NCBI RefSeq assembly: GCF_009914755.1
Contig: NC_060931.1
Length of the DNA stretch: 64,000 bases
Direction: 5' to 3' (one strand)
Source of the DNA: the human T2T-CHM13v2.0 reference genome, Homo sapiens
Shown: piece by piece, positions 46,585-57,524 of the stretch
How positions within the stretch are numbered: position 1 is the stretch's first letter
Layout: each line of letters starts with the position of its first letter
Made by a program: the position numbers and the translations under genes
Notes under the pieces: generated by a model
Database searches by the model: none
What the model was told of the DNA's origin: nothing
Seen by the model: only the letters and a program-made list of their open reading frames with translations

Positions 46585-47300
46585 TGCCAGGATCTCTGCC
46601 ATTAATTAGCTAGTTGTGTGGTCTGGGGAGAATCATATATGTCTGAGTCTTAGTTATTTTTTTTTTAACTAGGATAAGAATAAATAGCATCATAACCCCT
46701 TACAGCATTATCCTGTATTATTCTATAATATTCTACCCTGTGGTTTTTCTTTCCCACATTCTCTAGTTTCTTCCTACCACTTTCCCTGTTATTTCAGCTA
46801 CATTTGACACTACCAATTTACCACTGTTTTGAAACTGCTCTTCCTTAGTTTGTTTCAATAATATTACACTATCTTGGTATTTTTTTCTTCATCCTTTTCT
46901 AACTCCCCTATTTCCTTTACTGCTTCCTCTCTGTCTTCACAGATCCCAACATCCAACTTATGGCTCTCTTTGATTCCAGTCTCTGAACTTTCTCCCTTAA
47001 AATGCTATACAGTCTCACCTAACAGCTCTGTGCTAATAAGTTGCAATTTTCTTCCTAGGGTTCCCTTGATGAAGCTAGCCTTCATGGATTTCCATCTTCT
47101 CTGAACTCCGGGACAGCACATATTGACGATTCTACATACTGAAAACACAATCATATAGCATTCTGTGCCATCACATATATGTCAACTTCATCTCCCCTCA
47201 TGGACTGTCAGCTTCCGGAGTCTAGAGAACATGTTTTATATCAGCATTTTACGTCTAGCACTTGGTGAATGAGGCACCATAGAACTCCATTAGTACATCA
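46585..47300 (+). mobile_element. MIR followed by L2 fragments
   Basis: TCTGCCATTAATTAGCTAG (MIR); CAGCTACATTTGACAC...TTTTGAAACTGCTCTTCCTT and TCTAGCAC (L2). Confidence 0.5.
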
Positions 47301-49934
47301 TTTGGTGGGTAATGGACTTAAGCCTCTGAGGCTGTAAATCTGGCACCTCTGACACATACTAAATAATTGGAATCAGCTTGCCTTGTGTTCTGGCTTTATA
47401 AAGCTTTTATAAAGCCCTTCAACAACATAGTTAGCTTTGAAGAAGCCAGATTTGTTTACATAACCTTATAAAAACAATTTTTCTTAGAGAAGTTTTTTAA
47501 GTGTGGGTGATTTATTTTCCTATGCTAGGGATAATAAGGAAAACAAATATTTCTGCAGGATGCTTGCTATGGTGTGAGTGATTTTTTTTTTTTTTTTTGT
47601 GAAGACTGTTGGATAATAGAGGTAAAAGAGATTTTAACGGTTGCCACCACACCCCTCCATCGTTTTTATTGATGAGAAACCAGATTTTATATTAAGTTGC
47701 TGGTTTCAAAAAAGTGATTAACAACCTTGACTCTTTGTTAAAATTTTCTCAAGTACTTCCAAAAAAACACTGATGGCTGCCCCCTCACAAACTCTCCCCA
47801 CCACAGTCTTCAAAGGATTCTGATTTAATTAGTTTGAGATGGGGTCATGGCACTGGAATGCTTTTTTGGACATTTTAATGAGAACCACACTGGTTTAATG
47901 TCTAGGTTTACTGCAGAGTAATTTAAACAAAAACACTGAGTTGTGGTTTAAAACTATATATACAAAAACCATTTTTATGAATTATTATTCCTGGTTTTTA
48001 AAGTTAGCAAATACTTACATAGTCATTTTATATATCACCTAAAATGTATGTATTAAAACTTAAGTATAATTTCAACACCAAGAAATAACACTGGTACATT
48101 CACTTTATGAAACCCATTGTCTTGTAATGAAATCTCTGATTATTACTTTTATTAAACACCTGTTGGAATTCTACTCTTTGACCAATAGGTGGCACCAGTA
48201 ATTTCTGTGTTAAACCATGCGGCAACTAAATGGCACAGTCTTTAGTGGAATATATTTTATGTATATCTCTATTAGGATTCCATTACAAGCTTCAGCTTGC
48301 GAAATTCAGTTTTAATTTATCTGCATGTGTTTCATTTAAGTGCTCCTTAATTACTAGAACGCTTAGCATAATGAATTCTGAAACTATGGATTGATTTAAT
48401 GCCACAGTAAAGATTTTCTGCTTTAATCTTTAATTAGTTCACCGAACTTGTATCCATTTAATATCAGCAACTATGATATTACTACTAATAATATTGTTTT
48501 CAAAGCAGAAACAATGCAATGCACTGAGCCCTCTTTAACAACAGTATCAATTTAAGGTTATGATTTCTGAGAAATAATTTCAATGTTAAAATATACTTTA
48601 TGGTTATGAATATTTTTTAGGATTTCTATAAGTTTAAATAAAGATAGTATTAATCTAATACCATAGTACTCTATGACTTAAACAAAACATAGAGTTTTAG
48701 TTCAGACAAATGATCTAGTTAATTGAGTTAATTCACAATCTCCTGCTCCTCTTTACATTTTCTGCCAAAATGCCACCACTCGAATTCGAGAGCAATGATA
48801 ATATATACCAGAAGATATCTATCCATATAATTTTCCTTCGCCAAACAGCAAGAAAGATACTCAGTAGCACTAACTCTAGCCTAGCTCTATTCCTACAGTA
48901 ATTTTGGTCTCTCTATTAAAGTTCTTTTTCCAAATTTCTGGAGGTTTTTGTGGTTAAATACTAGGCAACAGGTTTTACCATGATACTTGGCTCAGGCAAG
49001 CCAATTCAGCAAATATTCTTTCAGCTGAATTTAGTTAAACGTATCTCTCATTCTGTAGGAAAAATTAGTCATACCAAGATAACAGAGTCTTACGTAGGGA
49101 TGCCTTTTTTCTTTGTTTTGTTGTTTTGTTCTTAAATCACCCTTAAGATGGTAGGCCAAAAAAAAAATAGTTTTGAAGGCTGCAATACCTCTTTCAAAGA
49201 CACTTAGCCAATTAGCCACAGAAAATTAGTACTGAATCTCTAATTTAGATCCTGGAGCTATTCTTATTTCTTAGTATGAGGCTCCCCATATTCCAGGAAA
49301 CAATTTTCTCAGCCCAGAGACATGTTTGTTCTTTATAAGAAGATTCAAGAGGAAATAAGTAAAATAGAAGTATATAAAGTTTCTCTTGCTCTTGGGGGTT
49401 TTCTGCAACTTATTTCAAGAAGGCTTAAAAATTGAATGGTTGCAAAGTAGAGTGAAATTTAAGTGGGTTTTCATTGATCAGCCTGAACCTGGCCATTTTG
49501 TCGTCAGAATTGTTTCCAGAATTTTGTTTCTTTTTTTTTTCTTCAGAGTAAATACACTATAGATGGTGGGGTGTTCGATTGTTGTTGTTGTTGTTGTTTT
49601 TTCTGCTTTATGGAAGAAAAACAGAACTTTTGTTACAGTATGCCTCACTTTATCTCCTTGCCCCCAAATTTCTGTTCTCCCCAGTGTTCCACAATCAGAC
49701 ATGCCTTCACTGTTCCCCTTATGCAAAGCTCTCTTAGGCATTTTGAAACCTGTTCCTCTTAGGAAATGTGTTCTGATGTTTGTTTATTACTATCTGCTCT
49801 TGAGATAATTATGGTACTAATAAAAAACTGCTTATTAAAACAAAACACAACAACAACAACAACAAAATTCCCTGATTCGACCAATTGAACATAGGAGTAA
49901 ATGCAGTTCAACAGAAGTCATAATCCTGGGGTGC

Positions 49935-50300
49935 CATGGTTCTCAGCCTTGATGCACATGAGACTCACCACCTGGAGGTAGGTTACCAAAGTTAGCCAAC
50001 AAAAACACAGGGCACTCACTCAAATTTGAGTGTCAGTCAAGCAATGAATCACTTTTTAAATATAAGTATGTCCCATGAAATATTTAGAACACAGTTATAC
50101 TGAAAAACACTTATTGTTTATCTGACATTCAAATTTAACTGAGCATCCACTATTTTATCTGGCAACCCTACCTGGAAGGCTTAGTAAAACACAGATTACC
50201 TTTGAATCTGTACTACCTTCAGAGTTTCTGATTCTGATTGGGTTTGGCACAGGAACTTTCTAAAGTTTCCTGGGTGATGCTAATGCTGCTGGTTAGAGAC
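49935..50300. mobile_element. MER5A-like MITE interrupted by MER53
   Basis: CATGGTTCTCAGCCTTGATGCACAT...CACCTGG | CCTGGAAGGCTT...CAGAGTTTCTGATTC...GGTGATGCTAATGCTGCTGG. Confidence 0.7.
49979..50170. mobile_element. MER53 palindromic hAT MITE
   Basis: TAGGTTACCA...TGGCAACCCTA TIRs; central TATAAGTATGTCCCA; 8-bp TSD CCTGGAGG / CCTGGAAG. Confidence 0.88.
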
Positions 50301-50579
50301 TAGAGGGGGCTATCCTGGAATTTTTCAAATTTATTAGATCATTATTTATTAGATCATGGAACAACATCCGCTTCCCCACAGGGAAGCAATTTAAGCACAT
50401 GGTTTTCCGTGAGGAACCAGAGTAGGAAATGTGGCCGTGGTTCACAGGGCATCTAAATGCAAAATGACATCATTACAAACAGGGATCCATATATATATTA
50501 TATTATATATATTTTTTTCAATTATTGTTGGCATCCAACAGAATTATGCTAAAACTAAAATGCATACTTTCTTTATTTA

Positions 50580-53425
50580 CAGGCATATTTTGTATTATTG
50601 TGTTTCACTTTATTGCACTTTGCAGATATTTGTGTATTTTACAAATTGAAGGTTGTGTCAACACGATGCCAGGCAAGTCTATCAGTGCCATTTTTCCAAC
50701 ATGATCACTTTGTGTCTCCACGTCACATTTTAGTAATTCTCACAATATTTCAAACTTTTTCGTTATTATTATGTCTGTTATTGTGATCTGTGATCAGTGA
50801 TCTTTGATGTTATTATTATAATCATTTTGGGGCACCATGAACCATGCCCATATGATACAATGAACCTAATCGATAAATGCTGTAAGTGTTCTAACTGCTC
50901 CACTGACCAACCACTTTTTCCTCTCTCTCTTTCTCTTCAGGCTTCCCTATTCCCTGAGACATGATGACACTGAAATTAGGACAACAAATAACCTACAATA
51001 TCCTCTAAGTGTTGAAGTGAAAGGAAGAGTCACAAGTCTCTCACTTTAAGTCAAAAAGTAGAAATGATTAAGTAGTAAAGATGGCATATCTAGTGATGAG
51101 ATAGATCAAAAGCTAGCCCTCTTGTAGCAAACAGTTAGCCAAATCATGAATTCCAAGGAAAAGTTCTTGAAGAAAATTTAAAGTGCTACTCCAGTGAACA
51201 TACAAATGATAAGAAGTCAAAACAGCCTTTTTGATAATATGGAGAAAGTATTAGTTGTCTGGATAGATCAAACAAGCCACAACATTCTCCTAAGCCAAAG
51301 CCTAATCCAGAGCAAGGCCCTAACTTGCTTCAATTCTTTGAAGGCTGAAAAAGATAAGAAAGCTTAAGAAGAAAAGTTAGAAGCTAACAGAGTTTGGTCC
51401 ATGAAGTTTAAGGATGTAAACCATTTCAATAACTTAAAAGTACAAGGTGCTAATGTGAAGCTGCAGCAAGTTATCTAGAAGATGCAGCTACGATCATTCA
51501 TGAATGTGTCTACATTAAACAACAGACATTCAATGTAGACAAAAATAGCCTATTGGAAGAAGATGTCATCTAGGACTTTCACAGCTAGGAAGAAGTCAGT
51601 GTCTGCCTTCAAAGCATCACAGGACAGGCTGACTGTCTTGCTAGGGGCCAACACAGCTGGTGTCTTTAAGTTGAAGCCAGTGTTCACTTACTATTCTACA
51701 AGTCTAAAAAAGGGCCCTTAAGAATGATGCTAAATCGACTCTGCCTGTGTTCTATTAGTGGAAAACAAGGCCTAGATGACAGCATGCCTGTTTAAAGCAT
51801 GGTTTACTAAATATTTTAAGCCCAATGTTTGAGACCTACTGCTCAGAAAAAAAGATTCCTTTCAAAATATTACTGCTCCTTGACAATGCACCTGGTCACC
51901 CAAAAGCTCTGATGGAGATCTATAAGGAGATTAATGTTGTTTTCGTGCCTGCTAACACCCATTCTGCAGTCAATGGAATAAGGAGTAATTCCGAGTTTCA
52001 AGTATTATTATTTGAGGAATACATTATGTAAGGCTGTTGCTGTCATAGATTGTGACTCTTCTGGTGGATCTGGGCAAAGTAAAATTGAAAACTTTCTGGA
52101 AAGGATTCACCATTAAGAACATTTGTGACTCATGGGAGGAGGTCAAAATATCAGCATTAACGTGTGCTTGGGAGAAGTTAATTCTAATCCTCAGGGATGA
52201 CTTTGAGGAGTTCAAGAATTCAGTATAGGAAGTCACTGCTTATGTAGTAGAAATAGCAAGAAAACTAGAATTAGAAGTGGAGCCTGAAGTCACTCCACCC
52301 TTTAGCAACCACCACCCTGATCAGCTGGCAGCCATCAATTTTGATGCAAGAGCCTCCACCAGCAAATTAATTATAACTTACTGAAGGCTCAGATGATTGT
52401 TAGAATTTTTTAGCAATAAATATTTTAAATTAAGATGCATACATTGTGTGAACAATTTGCTGCAATTTCATGAAAAACTTGAACAGATAAACACATGAGG
52501 AATTACTTCTTATGAAGGAGCAAAGAAAGTGGTTTCTTGAAATGGAATCTACCCCTGTGAAGTTACTGTGAATATTGTTGAAATGACAATAAATGATTTA
52601 AATATTACATAATATGCAGTGGCTCATGCCTGGAATCCCAACACTTTGGGAGGCCAAGGCAGGCAGATCGCTTGAGCCCAGAAGTTCAAGACCAACCTGG
52701 ACAACATGGCGAAACCTCATCTTTACAAAAAAATTCAAAAATTGGTCCAGTGTGGTGGCACACCCCTGTGGTCCCAGGTACTTGGGAAGCTGAGGTAGGA
52801 GGATTGCTTGAGCCAAGAGGTGGAGGTTGCAGTGAGCTGGGATTGCACACTGCACTCCAGCCTGGGTGATAGAGTGAAACTCTGTCTAAAATAATAATAA
52901 TAATAATATTAATAAAATATATAAACTTAGTTGATAAAGCAGTGCCAGGGTTTTAGAGGACTGACTCCAGTTTCAAAAGAAGTTCTACTGTAGGTAAAAT
53001 GCTATGAAACAGCATGACTTGCTACAGAGAAATCTGTCAGGAAAGAAAGAGTCAATTGATGCAGCAAAATGTGATTGCTTGTCTTATTTAAGAAATTGCC
53101 ACAGCCATCCCAACCTTCAGCAACTACCACCCTGATGAGTCAGCAGCCATCAATAGGGAGGCAAGACCCTTCATCAGCACATTGATTATGACTTGCTGAA
53201 GGCTTATATGATTGTTAGCCTATTTTAGCAATAAAATTTTTTAGTTAAAATACATACATTGTGTTTTTTTAGACATAATGCCATCACACACTTAGTAGAC
53301 TATAGTACAATGTAAACATAACTTTTATATACACCGGGAAACAAAACAAACTGTGATTCTAATGTGCTATTCACTTTATTGTGGTGGTCTGGACCCAACT
53401 CTGTAATATGTCCATGGTGTGCCTG
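50580..53425 (+). mobile_element. Full-length Tigger1 (pogo/Tc1-mariner) DNA transposon; transposase decayed
   Basis: CAGGCATA...GTGCCTG TIRs with TA on both sides; transposase remnant [17 protein letters not shown] (ORF 51825-52031). Confidence 0.93.
52615..52912 (+). mobile_element. AluJb-like inside Tigger1
   Basis: Dimeric Alu with (TAA)n tail; Tigger1 resumes at ATAAACTTAGTTGATAAAGCAG. Confidence 0.9.
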
Positions 53426-53576
53426 TATTCATTTATTCAACATATGTGCTGATCATCTAAAATGTATATATATATACAGAGCTACATGCTATAATGATAC
53501 AAGGAAGAATTTAACTGAAAATACTACCCTTAAGTGGCTCACAGTCTGGTACTTAAAATATTTAACAATGGGCATT

Positions 53577-54534
53577 GACCAAGAATGCATTAACAGGCCC
53601 CTCAGCTGGACTAGACTTCAGACAGGTTTCTTCCTCACTATAGGCCCTTGACTTCCCTTTTCTTAGAGCATTTTCTTTAGAAAATTCACAGATGTAACTC
53701 CTTTCTCTGTCTCCTTGAGATGTAAATCTTCTACAATCCAGAAATTACTTTCTGAAAAACCTGGAGTCATCTCTTTGAAACGTAATCATTAAACAAGATA
53801 GTGTCCCTATCTCCCAGTATCTGTAAAAGGGTAGGAGCCTGAGTTTCATAAGTGACAATTAGCAAAAACAGGCAGCCCAATCATATTGACCAACCTCCCC
53901 CTAACATCCTCTAGAACTTTTCCATTAGCTCACCGACATGATTTTGATGTCCCCTCCAAATCTCATGCTGAAATGTGACCTCCAGTGTTGGAGGTGGGCC
54001 TAGTGGCAGGTGTTTGGATCAAGGGGGCAGATCCCTCATGAATGACTTTGCACCATCTCCTTGGTGATGAGTGAGGTTTTGCTCTGGGTTCATGTGAGAT
54101 CTGGTTGCTTAAAAGTGTGTAGCACCTCCCCAGCTTCTTGCTTCTGTTCTTGCCATGTGATGGGCCTGCTCCTCCTTCACCTTCTGCCATTAGTAAAAGC
54201 TCCCTGAGGCTTCCTCAGAAGCCAAACAGATGCTGGTGCCATGCTTCCTGTACAGCTTGCAGAGCTGTGAGCCAATTATGCCTCTTTCTTTATAAATTAC
54301 CCAGTTTCAGGTATTTCTTTATAGTAATGTAAGAACAGCCTAACACACTCACCCCATTGTTTAAAAATCCTTTCCCCTTTTGTTTTGGCAGAGTTGGTTC
54401 AGTCTGCCAAATCTGCCAACCAACAAATCAGAGTTGGTTCAAATATCATAATATTGTGATATTGTTTCCCCTTTCAAGTCTTGGCTAAAATCCTCTTTGA
54501 CTGTTTGACTGGGCTGGTGCAGTTTCTCTTTCAT
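53577..54534 (+). mobile_element. ERV1 solo LTR (LOR1-like) interrupted by MSTB
   Basis: AGACAGGTTTCTTCCT...CCTTTTCTTAGAGCATTT...TTGAGATGTAAATCTTCTACAA...GGTGCAGTTTCTCTTTCATA. Confidence 0.7.
53934..54347 (+). mobile_element. MSTB-like MaLR LTR
   Basis: GTCCCCTCCAAATCTCATG...TTTATAAATTACCCAGT...CTAACACA; 5-bp TSD CTCAC at 53929-53933 and 54348-54352. Confidence 0.9.
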
Positions 54535-54651
54535 AGTACTGACCACAATATTAATCTTGAGTAGTTCAGTATATTACTAATGAAGCTCAACAACAAACAA
54601 GGGTAAATGTGGTACTTAATGTTTAATATTTTGAACACCATCTCTGCTTAT

Positions 54652-54815
54652 AGACAGTGGGCTATGAAGGAAAGAGCACTGCTTTAGGAATCAGATGGAA
54701 TTTGTTTGAATCTCAGTCCTACCACCTGCTACTTAGGTGGCCTTGGGGGAATAATATCTAATTTCTTTGAACATTTTTTTTCCTCATCTGTAAAATAAAG
54801 GTAGCAAAAACCTAC
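54652..54815 (+). mobile_element. MIR
   Basis: GGAAAGAGCACTG...GAATCAG...TTCCTCATCTGTAAAATA core. Confidence 0.75.
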
Positions 54816-55449
54816 TTTCCAGACATACTCTGAGGCAGGAAAAAGATAAACAGAGTAGGAAGAGATGACATAGTCTACAATGAGCAAATAATTGAGCAGA
54901 CACTCAGAGAACAGCTGAGACAATTTAATGGCAGGGCACTAGCAAAGGTCCCCCAGCTGAATTCCTTAGTACTCCTTCAGGCTGCTTGCTGCTCAATCTA
55001 AAGGAATAAGGCCTTCTAAAGTGCCATCTCCTCTGGAAAGTGTGTGCTACTACTATCCCTGCTCTTTTTGAAGCGTGGTTCTTTGGCTTCTTCTGAGTTT
55101 TTACAGGCTTCTCTCCTTACAAAAAACGTCCCTCACTTATTTCTATATTCCTGGAACCCAGTCACCTTGCATCTTGAGTATCTTCCTCATATAGAGCTGT
55201 TTTGGTCTGGTTAATTCTCTTCCTCTGCCAACCCACTCCTTTCTGAAGGAACCAAGCCCCTATGCCTTCCTGATTTTTATCCATCACCCAAAATGACAAT
55301 CATACTCCCTATTGTCATTACTAAGCAAGAGAAATACATGTGTAGCCTGGACAGAGCCCTAGAAGAGACGTGGGGACTGCTGTGTGTCACTGCAAACCAA
55401 GCCACCCTTCCTCTGAAAGGATATAATCAATTTGTCAAAAGTGGGTTAT

Positions 55450-55596
55450 GGCTGGGTGGTGGCTCACGCCTGTAATCCCAGCACTTTGAAAGGCCCAAGT
55501 GGGAGAATCACTTGAGCCCAGGAGGTCAAACCTGCAGTGAGCCCTGATTGAGCTACGGCACTCCAGCCTCGGCAACAGAGCAAGACCCGATCTCAA
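55450..55596 (+). mobile_element. Alu monomer (FRAM-like or left/right-arm chimera)
   Basis: Single monomer with TSD AAAAGTGGGTTAT / AGAAGTGGATTAT. Confidence 0.85.
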
Positions 55597-56571
55597 AGAA
55601 GTGGATTATTTTGAACATTATTGTCCTCCAGTAGGGCATCTGTTTTTCTCACTAAGTAAGTCAATAGTCCTTTCAAGCCAAAAAAGCACATTTGATTTAA
55701 CTTCTTCAGTTCAAATTACGTGACATTTACCATAACATAAAATTTACAATGTTTGCAGCTTAATTTGTCACAAAACTAATTTTTAATGAGAAAATATTAG
55801 AAGGCAGTGATTTAAGCTTTACTAAAGATATCAACAGTGTCAAATAAATGCAACCAATATTATAATTAAAGTGATGACATTGAATGCATATATTTCTATC
55901 TGTAGTCTGGAATATAAAGGAAACTAGGAGGAGGTCTTTTTTATTTATTTATTTTTTATTTTTTTAGCATCACCTAAAATAATCAACCAATGTTGAGCAA
56001 TTTCTGTAGATTTAGTACATAGCTACATGATGTAGGATGTTCAAAAATATAATAAGTCTTGGTCTCTGTGTTAAAAGCAGAGTTAGGAAGATACAGAGGC
56101 ACATGTGAACATTTAACATGACCTAACAGAGATGACGTAGAGAAGACTTTCTGGGAGCACTGGGGATTTATCTATTCTTTGTAGAGATTTGATCAGACAC
56201 TTGTAAAGGACAATGAGAGGGCAAAGCAAAGATAACAGTTGGAAAAAGGAAGTGTGTGAGTTGGAAGAATAACTTGACAACCAGGTGGTAGGGTTGATAT
56301 TGTATATAGGAGATATAAAGATACCTATCCAAGTCCAATGGAATCTAGGATGTAAGAGGTATCAAAAAGTCCTTGTAAAGGGAAAATATAACAGATGACA
56401 GGAAGTTTTCGGAAGATTTTCCATGTAGCATGTATTGGAAGTCAGGGAGTAAGGGAATAAGATTACTTGTTGGGAAATTGATGCAGCAATACATTTTTTT
56501 AAATTTATTTAACACAAACTGGTGGCAAAAGATGACTCAAGAAGACACAATAAAGAATAAAACAAGGTTTG

Positions 56572-56852
56572 GGTCTGGGAGCCATGACTTATGCCTGTAA
56601 CCCCAGTATTTTGGAAGGCAGATGGGGAGGATCACTTGCAGCCAGCTAAGACCAGCCTAAGGAACACGGCAAGATCACACCTCTACACAAATTTTACAAA
56701 CATAGCCAGGCATGGTGGTGTGAACCTGTAGTCCTAGCTACTTGGTAGGTTGAGGTAGGAGGATAGCTTGATCTCAGGAGTTCAAGGCTGCAGTGAGCTA
56801 TGATCATGCCACCATACTCCAGCCTGGGTGACAGAGCAAGACTCTGTCTCTG

Positions 56853-56881
<29 letters not shown>
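56572..56881 (+). mobile_element. AluJo-like
   Basis: Dimeric Alu with a long A tail; TSD-like AAGAATAAAACAAGGTTT / AAGAATGATATAAGGTTT; lies within probable antisense L2 remnants. Confidence 0.88.
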
Positions 56882-56883
<2 letters not shown>

Positions 56884-57129
56884 ATGATATAAGGTTTGCC
56901 TGCAGAATGAATTTTCCAAGGGAGCATAACCTAACTGTTTCAAATAAGTGACATGTCTGTCTAGAGAGTCACTTGGGAGTCATCCACATAAACATGACCA
57001 GAGAATATGAAATGCATGAGCTGAAAGAAGATAACATGTACTGACCATGAAAATGCTGATAACCAAGAGTTAGGCATAGATAATGTTCAAGAAGTTAAAT
57101 TATCAGGGACTACATACATTTTCCAGAAA

Positions 57130-57293
57130 AGTAATTCTTAAACTTTGGTGTGCATGAGAACCATGTGAAGGCTGGATATTCATAATGCAGAGTCAATAGA
57201 TCTAGGGTTGAAGCTAGAAATCTGAATATTAACCAGTAGCTCCTGGTGATGCTGCTGCCAGTAATCCTGAGACAATTCTGGGACACACACTGA
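57130..57293. mobile_element. MER5A-like MITE
   Basis: TTCTTAAACTTTGGTGTGCAT...GAAATCTGAAT...GGTGATGCTGCTGCC. Confidence 0.6.
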
Positions 57294-57513
57294 GAGATAT
57301 TTGTAAAATAAGAAAAAAGCTGGCTTTGATGTACAACTTTATGATGCTTTTATATCTGAAAAGCGATCTTTATGTTTTTCATACAGTCTGCTTGATGCTG
57401 CTATTACATATTAAAAACAAAGCCAAAACAAAGTAAAACACTAAGTTTAGAAGGAAAAAAAAGAGAGGGCAAAAGTCTGCAATACTACAAAAAAAATAGA
57501 GCATAAGAAAAAT

Positions 57514-57524
57514 TGCTGAGTCAT
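57514..57524 (+). promoter_or_regulatory. CNC-sMAF / antioxidant response element motif
   Basis: Perfect TGCTGAGTCAT with an AT-rich 5' flank (AAAAAT); motif match only. Confidence 0.4.

Noticed and set aside
50580-53425. Domesticated Tigger transposase gene (TIGD1-like)
   Set aside because: Start codon lost, many stops and frameshifts, an Alu and a duplicated insert; only a 68-aa frame survives
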